A stretch of 64,000 bases of DNA, from the NCBI GenBank assembly GCA_045656245.1, contig JAZOQT010000067.1, positions 17,609-81,608 on the forward strand, given 5' to 3'. Source of the DNA: Faecousia sp. Lineage in GTDB: Bacteria > Bacillota > Clostridia > Oscillospirales > Oscillospiraceae. The position numbers and the translations under genes were made by a program. Under the pieces are notes generated by a model, which saw nothing but the letters and a program-made list of their open reading frames with translations, searched no databases and had not been told where the DNA came from. Shown in pieces: positions 1-8,223 of the stretch (its first letter is position 1; each line of letters opens with the position of its first letter).

Positions 1-345
1 TTCCACACCCAGGCCGGCGAAAATCTTCACCAGCTCCTGCATGGTCATCTCCACACCCTTTTTGTAGGCGGCGTCCTGGGTTTGCTGATTCAGCGCCCGT
101 TCCAGATTGTCGTATACGGGAAGCAGCTTTTCCACCGCGTCGGATTTTCCGTTGGTGTAGGAAAGCTCCTTTTCCCTGGCGGTGCGCTTGCGGAAATTGT
201 CATATTCCGCAGCCAGCCGCAAATGGGCGTCCCGTTCCTGGTTGTATTTGTCCTCGAAGGGATTTACCTCCACTGCCTGCGCAGCTTCTACGGTTTCCTC
301 CTCCGGGGTAACTTCCTGCTCTTTCTTTTTCTTTGCCACAATCAT
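1..345 (-). CDS. grpE: Nucleotide exchange factor GrpE (3' end runs off the window)
   Basis: Manual translation of the minus strand gives ...LRLAAEYDNFRKRTAREKE...KLLPVYDNLERAL...KGVEMTMQELVKIF, typical GrpE motifs. ATG at 345 overlaps the hrcA stop (ATGA); GTG at 339 is an alternative start. Confidence 0.93.
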   Translation of the reverse strand, partial: MIVAKKKKEQEVTPEEETVEAAQAVEVNPFEDKYNQERDAHLRLAAEYDNFRKRTAREKELSYTNGKSDAVEKLLPVYDNLERALNQQTQDAAYKKGVEMTMQELVKIFAGLGVE

Positions 346-1412
346 TCCTCCTCGGGGGTGTTATCACCGGCAGGCAGTTGCTGCTGCTCCGGCTTGTGAA
401 ACAGTTTGCTCAGGCTTTCTGCGAAATAGCTCAACCGGGCGGTAACCTTTGCGTAGTCCATTCTGGTGGGGCCGACCACGCCAATCATGCCCTGCAGGCC
501 GTCGCCGATGTCGAACTTGGTCATAACCACGGAGGTGTCCTTCAATTCCTCGGACACGTTTTCCGGTCCTACCAGCACCTTGGTGCCGTTGGCGTTTTGC
601 ATAATTGCCGGCAGATTGGAGAGGGCATCGCCGTCCAGAGAGGTCAGTACCTTTTGGGCTCTGCCGATGTCCCGGTATTCCGGCTGCTCCAGCAGACGCA
701 CGTGGCCGGCAACGGCCATGTTGGTGCCGCTCTGCTTGTGCAGGGTCTCTGTGGTGAATTCTACAATAATGGGGACCAGGGAAGCCGTTGCTCCGGCGGA
801 GGCCATCACCCGTTCCAAAAGGTCGGGGGTGAAGTCCTGGGGGGGTATCCCGGTCATAGTGGCGTTCAGTACGGCGCCAAGGAGCTTCAAATCTCCTTCC
901 TCTACATGAAGGGGCAGCTTAATCAGCTTGTTTACCACCTCGTCGCTGGACAGCATAATCACCAGAATAAAGCTGCCCGGGCCCGCATTGAGAAGGTCAA
1001 ACCGCTTTACCGTGGCGCCTCCGCGACGGGAAGCTGCTGATATGGCAGGCAAATCGGTGGTTTGAGAAACCATTCTCGCTACCTTTTCCAGCATTTTGTC
1101 TACCCGCTGCATTTTTTCTTCGATTGCCTCGTTGATGGACTGGGTTTCGTCCAGGCTCAAACGGTAGGAGGCCATCAGCTCGTCTACGTACAGTCGATAG
1201 CCGGCGGCGCTGGGAACGCGGCCCGCGCTGGTGTGGGGCTGCTCCAGATATCCCATGGCGGTGAGCTCGGCCATTTCGTTGCGAATGGTGGCGGAGGAAT
1301 AGGTCATATCCGGCAGCTCGGCAATGGCCTTGGAGCCTACCGGCTCGGCAGTGCGGATATACAGGTCAACAATTGAACGCAAGACCTTCTTTTTTCGTTC
1401 TGTCAGCTCCAT
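342..1412 (-). CDS. hrcA: Heat-inducible transcription repressor HrcA
   Basis: Motifs EPVGSK, SSATIRNEMAEL, EQPHTSAGRVPS, GVVGPTRMDY; precedes grpE; CIRCE upstream. Confidence 0.97.
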   Translation of the reverse strand: MELTERKKKVLRSIVDLYIRTAEPVGSKAIAELPDMTYSSATIRNEMAELTAMGYLEQPHTSAGRVPSAAGYRLYVDELMASYRLSLDETQSINEAIEEKMQRVDKMLEKVARMVSQTTDLPAISAASRRGGATVKRFDLLNAGPGSFILVIMLSSDEVVNKLIKLPLHVEEGDLKLLGAVLNATMTGIPPQDFTPDLLERVMASAGATASLVPIIVEFTTETLHKQSGTNMAVAGHVRLLEQPEYRDIGRAQKVLTSLDGDALSNLPAIMQNANGTKVLVGPENVSEELKDTSVVMTKFDIGDGLQGMIGVVGPTRMDYAKVTARLSYFAESLSKLFHKPEQQQLPAGDNTPEEE

Positions 1413-1431
1413 AGCTGTCCTCCTTCACCTT

Positions 1432-1482
1432 TTAGCACTCTTTAACTTTGAGTGCCAAGCACACTATACCAGAGAGTGCTAA
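1432..1482. promoter_or_regulatory. Tandem CIRCE elements (HrcA operators)
   Basis: TTAGCACTC-N9-GAGTGCCAA at 1432-1458 and a degenerate CAAGCACAC-N9-GAGTGCTAA at 1456-1482; consensus is TTAGCACTC-N9-GAGTGCTAA. Confidence 0.93.
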
Positions 1483-1491
1483 AAATGTCAA
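1463..1491 (-). promoter_or_regulatory. SigA-type promoter of hrcA-grpE
   Basis: Minus strand TTGACA-17 nt-TATAGT, overlapped by the second CIRCE. Confidence 0.85.
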
Positions 1492-1566
1492 TAGGACATT
1501 TATAAATTATTTTTGAACATTCCTGAAAAATTATGCACAGCGGCTAAATGATGGGAAAAACCCAGT

Positions 1567-1596
1567 AAAAAAAGTGCCGTGGCGCTTGCCACGGCA
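1567..1596 (-). terminator. Rho-independent terminator of the three-minigene operon
   Basis: Stem TGCCGTGGC/GCCACGGCA with a 4-nt loop, followed by a T7 tract on the minus strand. Confidence 0.8.
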
Positions 1597-1603
1597 ATTG
1601 TGA

Positions 1604-1846
1604 TTAGTAGGCTAAGTACTGCTTCAGCCGTTTCTCTGCCCGTTGCAGGGTGCGGCAGACGGTACTTTTGTTTACTCCCCGTCGCCGTGCGATTTCGGGG
1701 ATTGTCTCTTGCAGGAAATAGTAGGCGATGATGGTTTCTTTTTGCATAGGGGTCAGCTCGGACTGAATCACCCTGTCTATGCGCTGTCGCTGCAAATTTT
1801 TGGGAAGCCTTACGGAAGCGGTATCCTCAAAGTGTATATTTCTCAT
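1604..1846 (-). CDS. Small sigma70 region-4-like HTH protein (80 aa)
   Basis: ELTPMQKETIIAYYF..ETIPEIARRRGVNKSTVCRTLQRAEKRLK matches the sigma region-4 HTH pattern; alternative start at 1867. Confidence 0.8.
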   Translation of the reverse strand: MRNIHFEDTASVRLPKNLQRQRIDRVIQSELTPMQKETIIAYYFLQETIPEIARRRGVNKSTVCRTLQRAEKRLKQYLAY

Positions 1847-2060
1847 TGCGGTAATAGCCCCTTTCATAGTATCGGGCAGTCAGCTCTGCCAATTCGTTGA
1901 CCTGTGTCAGCATGGGGGTAAGCTCTGCAATTCTCCGTTTCAGATGCCAGATCTCCTCCGGGTCCCGGGTTTGCGCCAGTTGCCGTCGCAGTAGGCCCAG
2001 GCGTACTTTCAGAAGCCTCGCCGAGGCTTCGTACTCCTTGCTTATTTGCGCCAGGGTCAT
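1827..2060 (-). CDS. Small helical/coiled-coil hypothetical protein (77 aa)
   Basis: MTLAQISKEYEASARLLKVRL...YYERGYYRNEKYTL; its ATG overlaps the upstream stop (ATGA at 2057-2060). Confidence 0.65.
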   Translation of the reverse strand: MTLAQISKEYEASARLLKVRLGLLRRQLAQTRDPEEIWHLKRRIAELTPMLTQVNELAELTARYYERGYYRNEKYTL

Positions 2061-2197
2061 AGCCTGCGGCGCTGACAGCGGATACATTCCAAACCGGGCA
2101 GGTACAGACTGCCGCCGCATTGGGGGCAAAAGGCGGCAGGTGGGAGAGCCTGCTGGTCTATGTAAAGGGCTGCTCTTTGGACAATCACCGGGCGCAT
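2057..2197 (-). CDS. Putative Zn-ribbon miniprotein (46 aa)
   Basis: CPQC...CIRC pairs; purine-rich RBS (AAGGAGAGAGG) before the ATG; stop overlaps the next ATG. Confidence 0.55.
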   Translation of the reverse strand: MRPVIVQRAALYIDQQALPPAAFCPQCGGSLYLPGLECIRCQRRRL

Positions 2198-2277
2198 CCT
2201 CCTCTCCTTGGTAAAAAATTGTCGAAGGGTTTTTGGTTTTTCGCTGGGACTGCCAACTATTTCCACAAAGAAACATA

Positions 2278-2313
2278 CTACACGAAATGTGTGATGTCCG
2301 TCGAAACGTGTAG
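2278..2313. promoter_or_regulatory. Putative XRE operators in the divergent intergenic region
   Basis: Direct repeat CGAAA(T/C)GTGT at 2283-2292 and 2302-2311; flanking inverted CTACACG...CGTGTAG; lies between the divergent xre gene and the minigene operon. Confidence 0.45.
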
Positions 2314-2392
2314 CAGACGAAATTCTCCTTAATTTTTCTCATCGTCATGATAAACTGGGAGAAAATCAAAAGAGAAAGAGGGGGGACAAACC

Positions 2393-2734
2393 ATGATGGG
2401 ATTGCGGATTGCGGCATTGCGCCGGGCTGCCGGGTGGAGTCAGGCGGAGCTGGCCCAGCGCCTGAAAATCAGCCCCAGCGCCGTGGGAATGTACGAGCAG
2501 GGACGGCGGGAGCCGGCAGTGAATATGCTGGTGGAGCTATCCAGGGAGTTTGGCGTCAGCATTGACTATTTGGTAACGGGACAGCCGGATACCCCTAGGG
2601 ATACGGAGCGCTTTTCCCATGCCCTGGAGACAGCGGTGGATACGGCAGAGCAGGTGCTGGGGAAACGGCGGGAGCTTCCCTTTACCCAGCAGGAACTGAC
2701 GGTGCTGTTCGCAGCGCTGCTGCTGCAGCCTTGA
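2393..2734 (+). CDS. XRE/cI-family HTH transcriptional regulator
   Basis: LRRAAGWSQAELAQRLKISPSAVGMYEQGRREP...FGVSIDYLVTG is a classic HTH_3 domain. Confidence 0.9.
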   Translation: MMGLRIAALRRAAGWSQAELAQRLKISPSAVGMYEQGRREPAVNMLVELSREFGVSIDYLVTGQPDTPRDTERFSHALETAVDTAEQVLGKRRELPFTQQELTVLFAALLLQP

Positions 2735-2788
2735 CGAAGGTGGCTTTCTGGGGTATGATAAAGGCACTACATACCGGGAGGGACGTCT

Positions 2789-3268
2789 ATGGACGACCGC
2801 GTTTTTATGGAAGAAGCCCTGCACCTTGCGCAGCAAGCCGCCCAGGAAGGGGAAGTGCCGGTGGGCTGTGTCATCGTCTGTAACGGCGAAATCGTAGGCA
2901 GAGGGCGCAACCGCCGGGAGCGGGGAAAATCTGCCCTTGCCCATGCGGAAATTGAGGCAATTTCCCAGGCCTGCGCCACACTGGGGGGCTGGCGTCTGTG
3001 GGAATGTACATTATATGTAACGCTGGAACCCTGCCCCATGTGCGCAGGAGCGATTATCAACGCCCGTATTCCCCGGGTGGTGTTCGGTGCATCTGATGAC
3101 AAGTGTGGCGCCTGCGGCTCGGTGTGCGATTTGTTTTCCATGGACTTTAACCACCGTCCCCAGGTAACCAAGGGGGTTTGCGGGGAGGCCTCTGCCGCTC
3201 TGCTGACGGATTTTTTCCAAAATCTGCGGGTTCAGCTGCGCGATCGCCCCAAGTGGAAGCGGCCGTAA
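2789..3268 (+). CDS. tadA: tRNA adenosine(34) deaminase
   Basis: EVPVG, HAE, TLEPCPMC motifs. Confidence 0.9.
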   Translation: MDDRVFMEEALHLAQQAAQEGEVPVGCVIVCNGEIVGRGRNRRERGKSALAHAEIEAISQACATLGGWRLWECTLYVTLEPCPMCAGAIINARIPRVVFGASDDKCGACGSVCDLFSMDFNHRPQVTKGVCGEASAALLTDFFQNLRVQLRDRPKWKRP

Positions 3269-3326
3269 TACATCGCAATTTTTCGATTGTTTCGCATATT
3301 TTCGACGCTTATTTGGGAGGGAAGCT

Positions 3327-4286
3327 ATGGAGTATCGGCGGCAGACCCTCCGTTTCGGCGCGGCAATGTTGGTGCTGGCAGTGGCTATCCGGCTGCTGTC
3401 AGCCGGTTTTTTTGCCCCGCTGACGGAGCTTTTTACCCAACAGGGGTGGATTTCCGCATTGGTGTATCTGGAAACCGGTTGGGTTGTCCGCTTTCCCCAG
3501 CCCCAGGAGCAGGAAGCCCCTGTTCAGACGCAGGCTCCCACAGCGCCCCAGTACAAGCCCCGGGAATTTAGCGGGGAGGACCTGCAATGGGTGCAGGTAA
3601 AGTACCACTGTAATTACCGTCCGGATTTGTCGGAGCTGCTGACAAAACCCCTTTCCTGGGAGCGCGATCAGGACGGTCCGGAGATATTGATTGTCCACAC
3701 CCATGCTACGGAGACCTACACCGGGGAGGACATTCCCTATTCCGGGGACTACCGCACGCTGGACAGCAAGTATAATATGCTCGCCGTGGGGGAGCGGCTT
3801 GCCCAGGCGCTGGAAGCAGGGGGTGTGTCTGTGCTCCACGACAAAACCCTCCACGATTACCCCAGCTACAATGGGTCTTATGACAATGCCCGGGCCTCCA
3901 TAGAGGCTTATTTGCGGCAGTATCCCTCTATTCGCATGGTGCTGGACCTACACCGGGATGCCTCGTCATCGGCCCAGCAGCTGGACACCTGCGCCACAGT
4001 GCACGGGGAAAAAGCGGCGCAGCTGATGCTGGTGGTGGGGACGGACGGCGGGGTAGCCCACCCAAATTGGCGGGAGAATCTCTCCCTTGCCCTGAAAATG
4101 CAGGTGCTGTTGGAAAAAGAGAATCCCGGACTTTGCCGCCCTATGGACCTGCGGTGGGAACGGTTCAATGCCGATTTAAGTCCCGGAAGCCTCTTGGTTG
4201 AGGTGGGTGGCGCAGGGGACAGCCTGCAGGAGGCCCTGGTGGCGGCGCAGGCCCTGGGACAGGGGATATTACAGCTGCTGGGGTGA
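3327..4286 (+). CDS. spoIIP: Stage II sporulation protein P (engulfment amidase/endopeptidase)
   Basis: N-terminal TM helix; ILIVHTHATETY, DLHRDA, RFNADL, LLVEVG motifs. Confidence 0.88.
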   Translation: MEYRRQTLRFGAAMLVLAVAIRLLSAGFFAPLTELFTQQGWISALVYLETGWVVRFPQPQEQEAPVQTQAPTAPQYKPREFSGEDLQWVQVKYHCNYRPDLSELLTKPLSWERDQDGPEILIVHTHATETYTGEDIPYSGDYRTLDSKYNMLAVGERLAQALEAGGVSVLHDKTLHDYPSYNGSYDNARASIEAYLRQYPSIRMVLDLHRDASSSAQQLDTCATVHGEKAAQLMLVVGTDGGVAHPNWRENLSLALKMQVLLEKENPGLCRPMDLRWERFNADLSPGSLLVEVGGAGDSLQEALVAAQALGQGILQLLG

Positions 4287-4670
4287 TTACAGCAGTGTCC
4301 ACCAAGTCAGTTGCTGGGATTCGTCCATAGCCGCCGCCATCTGGGAAAGCTGGATACACAAGGAAGCAAATTGCTCCTTCCAACCCAGCTTGGCGTAAAG
4401 CTCCATTTGGTCAAAAAGTCCGTCCATTTCCTCCAGGGGCTCGTGATCTGCTATGGCGGCGGTGAAATTGCGGTAGGACTCCCAACGGCTTTGCGCTTCC
4501 TCTGACAAAGCCACCGCCTGCTCCCAATCCCCAAAGACCGCTTGGTGGGAGGCGTCCTCCAGTGTCTGGGCCAGAGGGGCGTGAATCCGGTGAAAGCATA
4601 GGGTCAGCAAAATGCCTGCTACCAGAAAAAACAGTAAAAGTCCCGCGCCGAACCATACCCGCTTCATCAC
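4287..4670 (-). CDS. DUF4363-like protein
   Basis: N-terminal TM helix plus helical domain with DH.ELEE..; lies directly downstream of a DUF421 gene, the usual pairing. Confidence 0.7.
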   Translation of the reverse strand: MMKRVWFGAGLLLFFLVAGILLTLCFHRIHAPLAQTLEDASHQAVFGDWEQAVALSEEAQSRWESYRNFTAAIADHEPLEEMDGLFDQMELYAKLGWKEQFASLCIQLSQMAAAMDESQQLTWWTLL

Positions 4671-5341
4671 ATGCCCTCCTTTTCAATCCAAACTGCTTTT
4701 CCGGAGCCGTCCACGGTTAACAGCCAAGTGCTTTCCGTGGTGGCTCCGTATTGTTTCAGCACGTTTTCCAGCCATGCATCGTCCTTGCCGGAGAGGCGGA
4801 GATTATCCGGCAGCAAACGCCCGTCGGAAATGATGGTATAGGGAAGACTCTGCTTTTTTACCGTAATGCCGGCCGCCTTGGCGCTGGCGGGCTGGAATTC
4901 GGGATAGAGAAATACGGAAAGGTTGCCGTTGGTTTCTAAAATGGCATACTGCACGCTGCGCAAATCCAGTACGTCCTTTTCCCGAAGCAGCTCGGTCAGC
5001 TCGTCTAAATTGATACGGGTGCTGCGCAGATTCTGTTGGAAGATGCGGCCGTTTTCAATGAGGATTACCGGTTTTCCGCACAGCAGCCTCCGCAGCTTTA
5101 CCGAGCGCAGCGTCAGCCCGGACAGCACCAGCTCCACTCCCAGCACCGCCAATATGGGCACAAGGCCTGTGTATAGGGGAATTGCTCCGTCCTGCATGGG
5201 AATGGCAGCAAGGTTAGCCACCAGCATGGTTACCACAAATTCCATGGGCTCCATCTGCCCGATTTGCCGTTTGCCCATAAGCCGTACCACGGCAACCAGC
5301 ACCAGGTACAGTAAAATGGTGCGAAGGTAGGATAAAATCAA
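4667..5341 (-). CDS. DUF421 (YetF/YdfS-like) membrane protein
   Basis: RLMGKRQIGQM, LRE..V..AILETNGNLSV, IISDG motifs. TTG start at 5341 lies 8 nt after AAAGGAG; the 435-aa track ORF is over-extended. Confidence 0.85.
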   Translation of the reverse strand: MILSYLRTILLYLVLVAVVRLMGKRQIGQMEPMEFVVTMLVANLAAIPMQDGAIPLYTGLVPILAVLGVELVLSGLTLRSVKLRRLLCGKPVILIENGRIFQQNLRSTRINLDELTELLREKDVLDLRSVQYAILETNGNLSVFLYPEFQPASAKAAGITVKKQSLPYTIISDGRLLPDNLRLSGKDDAWLENVLKQYGATTESTWLLTVDGSGKAVWIEKEGM

Positions 5342-5365
5342 AAAAGCCACTCCTTTCAGCGCTTC

Positions 5366-5394
5366 TAGTATTTCCCACAGGAAGAAGAATATAC
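5366..5394 (-). promoter_or_regulatory. Possible forespore SigF/SigG promoter of the DUF421 gene
   Basis: Minus strand GTATA-17 nt-AATACTA (the -10 lies within GGAAATACTA), resembling the B. subtilis SigG/SigF consensus; YetF-family genes are forespore-expressed. Confidence 0.4.
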
Positions 5395-5461
5395 AAAAAC
5401 GGAATTGTGCTTTACTTTCCGGGAGCTTTGGAGTAAAATACAGGAAAAGGAGGTGCTTTCT

Positions 5462-5842
5462 ATGGAGGATACAAGCAAGAATCTGAAACGGCTGGAACAA
5501 GAGCTGATGGACGAGGAGCGGCGCGCCCAAGAAGAACGCATCATTGAGGAACTGTTGCAGGAGCAAAAGGCCGCGCGAGAAGCAGGCCTTTTGGATGAGT
5601 CTGCGGTGGTGGAAAAAACGGTAGAGGGGGCAGTGCCTGCCTTCGAGGACCCGGAGAAAATCCACGAGCCGGCAGAGCCTATGGTCTACCGCAATTATTC
5701 CAATGCCTACGGCAAGGGGGAGAAAGCTGCGGTGGAAAAGGTAAGCGATAAGCAAATCATGGTGCTCATGGGAATTGCCAGCTTCTTCGGCTTGGGAATT
5801 GTGGCGCTGCTGGTTTACTGGCTGACGACCCTGCTGGCTTGA
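5462..5842 (+). CDS. Hypothetical acidic protein with C-terminal TM anchor
   Basis: RBS AGGAGG; E-rich helical N-terminus; hydrophobic C-terminal helix. Confidence 0.7.
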   Translation: MEDTSKNLKRLEQELMDEERRAQEERIIEELLQEQKAAREAGLLDESAVVEKTVEGAVPAFEDPEKIHEPAEPMVYRNYSNAYGKGEKAAVEKVSDKQIMVLMGIASFFGLGIVALLVYWLTTLLA

Positions 5843-5843
5843 T

Positions 5844-6746
5844 ATGAAAAGCACACATGCCGTGGGGCGGTTTGCCCCCACCCCCTCCGGGCGTATGCAT
5901 TTGGGCAATGTGTTTGCCGGAATGCTGGCATGGCTTTCCGTTCGGTCAAAGGGCGGAGAGATGGTTTTGCGCATGGAGGATTTGGATACCCAGCGTACAA
6001 CCGGGGAATTTGCCCAGGTTCTGCGGGAGGATTTGCGGTGGCTGGGGCTTGACTGGGACAGGGAAACCCAGCCCCAGAGTCAGCGCAGCCGGGTGTACGA
6101 CGGCTATTTTGAGATTTTGAAGGACAAGGGACTGCTGTATCCCTGCTACTGCACCCGCAGTCAGCTGCACAGTGTCAATGCCCCCCATCTTTCCGACGGT
6201 ACCTATGTCTATCCCGGCACCTGCCGGGCGTTAAAGACTCCACCCAAGGACCGACTGCCGTCCTACCGTGTCCGGGTACCGGACAGGGTTTGGCAGGTCA
6301 GCGATTGGGCGCAGGGGCAGTATCGGCAGAATCTTGCCACAGACTGTGGCGATTTTGTGGTGCGCCGGGCCGATGGGGTATATGTGTACCAACTGGCAGT
6401 AACGGTGGACGACGGAGAAGCTGGCGTTACAGAGGTGGTGCGGGGTATGGATTTGTTAAGCTCCGCCCCCAGACAAATGTACTTGCAGGAGCTGTTTGGC
6501 TTTTCCCACCCGTCCTACGCCCATGTGCCTATGCTGGTCGCCCCCGATGGGCGGCGGCTAAGCAAACGGGATGCGGACTTGGATTTGGGCGTTCTGCGGA
6601 CCCGGAAAACACCCCAGCAGCTTTTGGGAAGTCTGGCCTTTGCCTGCGGACTGATTGACCGCTGCGAAGCGGTGTCCGCCCGGGAGCTGATACCCCATTT
6701 TTCCTGGGAGAAGATTCGCAAAGAGGACATAGTGCCGGTTCTGTAA
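5844..6746 (+). CDS. gluQ: tRNA glutamyl-Q(34) synthetase GluQRS
   Basis: RFAPTPSG.HLGN, CYCT...YPGTC Zn site, YQLAVTVDD, RLSKR; 300 aa with no anticodon-binding domain. Confidence 0.9.
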   Translation: MKSTHAVGRFAPTPSGRMHLGNVFAGMLAWLSVRSKGGEMVLRMEDLDTQRTTGEFAQVLREDLRWLGLDWDRETQPQSQRSRVYDGYFEILKDKGLLYPCYCTRSQLHSVNAPHLSDGTYVYPGTCRALKTPPKDRLPSYRVRVPDRVWQVSDWAQGQYRQNLATDCGDFVVRRADGVYVYQLAVTVDDGEAGVTEVVRGMDLLSSAPRQMYLQELFGFSHPSYAHVPMLVAPDGRRLSKRDADLDLGVLRTRKTPQQLLGSLAFACGLIDRCEAVSARELIPHFSWEKIRKEDIVPVL

Positions 6747-6779
6747 TCGGCGCAGTATAGAAATACGGAGGATACTTAC

Positions 6780-7712
6780 ATGAATCAGAAACCGGTTCTG
6801 GTGGTTATGGCCGCCGGTATGGGCAGCCGCTACGGCGGATTGAAGCAGATTGACCCGGTGGGCAGCCAGGGCGAGGCGATTTTGGACTACTCCTTGTTCG
6901 ATGCCCATGAGGCGGGCTTTGAAACTGCGGTGATTATTATTAAGGAGGCCATTGCCAAGGACTTTATGGATACTGTGGGTAAGCGGCTTAAAAAGTGTCC
7001 CATGGAAATCCGCTATGCCTACCAGGAGCAGGAAAAGAAGCTGCCCAACGGCGCAAGCGTGCCCCAGGAGCGGGGCGCAAAGCCCTGGGGAACAGGCCAT
7101 GCAGTGCTGTGCGCCGCCGAGGAAATCGGCGATGCCCCCTTTGCGGTTATCAATGCAGACGATTACTACGGAAAATCCGCCTTCCAGACCATGTACAAAG
7201 CGCTGTGCCGTCTGGAGGATACAGACAAGGCGGAGTTTTGTATGGTGGGCTACCTTTTGGGCAATACCGTTACGGACCATGGCAGTGTCGCCCGGGGCGT
7301 ATGCACTGTGGACAGCCGGGGCTATCTGACAGATATCGTGGAGCGGCTGCGGATTGAAAAGTACGGGCAGGGTATTCATTTTACCGAGGACGGACAGACC
7401 TGGACGGATTTGCCGGCGGATACTCTGGTATCCATGAATATGTTCGGCTTTACCCCCAGCCTGCTGAAGGTCCTTGGGGAGCGCTTCCCGGTATTTATAA
7501 CAGAGGAAGTGCCTCAGAATCCCGCCAAGAAGGAGTTTTTGCTGCCGGCCATTGTCAACGGCATGCTCCACAGCGGCAAGGCGCGGCTGAAGGTGCTGTC
7601 CTCGGCAGACAGATGGTACGGCGTTACCTACGCTGCAGACAAGCCCCAGGTGGTGGCGGCGCTGCAGGAGAAAACCCGTCAGGGTTTGTATCCTAACGGA
7701 CTTTGGAAGTAA
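6780..7712 (+). CDS. Sugar-phosphate nucleotidyltransferase family protein
   Basis: MAAGMGSRYGGLKQID, PWGTGHAV, VINADDYYG motifs. Confidence 0.85.
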   Translation: MNQKPVLVVMAAGMGSRYGGLKQIDPVGSQGEAILDYSLFDAHEAGFETAVIIIKEAIAKDFMDTVGKRLKKCPMEIRYAYQEQEKKLPNGASVPQERGAKPWGTGHAVLCAAEEIGDAPFAVINADDYYGKSAFQTMYKALCRLEDTDKAEFCMVGYLLGNTVTDHGSVARGVCTVDSRGYLTDIVERLRIEKYGQGIHFTEDGQTWTDLPADTLVSMNMFGFTPSLLKVLGERFPVFITEEVPQNPAKKEFLLPAIVNGMLHSGKARLKVLSSADRWYGVTYAADKPQVVAALQEKTRQGLYPNGLWK

Positions 7713-7718
7713 ACATCT

Positions 7719-7750
7719 GCCCCCGGAGAATTGCTCCGGGGGCGTATTTT
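7719..7750 (+). terminator. Probable terminator
   Basis: GCCCCCGGAG/CTCCGGGGGC stem followed by GTATTTT. Confidence 0.6.
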
Positions 7751-7809
7751 CGGTTGTGGAATTTCCGAAACTGTGGTACAATGGTACAAAATAGCCGGGA
7801 GGGATCGCT

Positions 7810-8220
7810 GTGGAGGATTATTTGCAGGTTTCCATGACAAAAGGAGAAGTCAACCAGATTTCCAATCTGGGGCTTGCCCATATCGGGGATGGGGTGTATG
7901 AGCTGATGTGCCGCAGCTACCTGTGCCTGAAGGGGAATAAGTCTATAAAGCTTTTGCATAAGGAGTCTGTTGCCATGGTCAACGCCCCTGCCCAGGCCGG
8001 ATTTGCCCAGAAGCTGCTGCCCTACCTGACGGAGGAGGAGCAGGATTATTACCGCCGGGGAAAGAACGCCCATTCCCATGCCGCCCCCAAGGGGGCAACC
8101 GCCAGGGAGTATGCCATGGCTACGGGGCTGGAGACCCTGTTTGGCGCGCTGTATCTGCTGGGACAGACCCGGCGGCTCAACGAGCTGTTTGCCCGGATAC
8201 TGGAAGAAAAGGAAGCATAA
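7810..8220 (+). CDS. mrnC: Mini-ribonuclease III
   Basis: LAHIGDGVYEL, RRGKN, ATGLETLFGALYL; RNase III catalytic domain without a dsRBD. Confidence 0.9.
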   Translation: MEDYLQVSMTKGEVNQISNLGLAHIGDGVYELMCRSYLCLKGNKSIKLLHKESVAMVNAPAQAGFAQKLLPYLTEEEQDYYRRGKNAHSHAAPKGATAREYAMATGLETLFGALYLLGQTRRLNELFARILEEKEA

Positions 8221-8223
8221 ATT

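Noticed and set aside
4667-5974. 435-aa version of the DUF421 ORF
   Set aside because: The N-terminal extension overlaps two opposite-strand genes; RBS and homology point to a TTG start at 5341.
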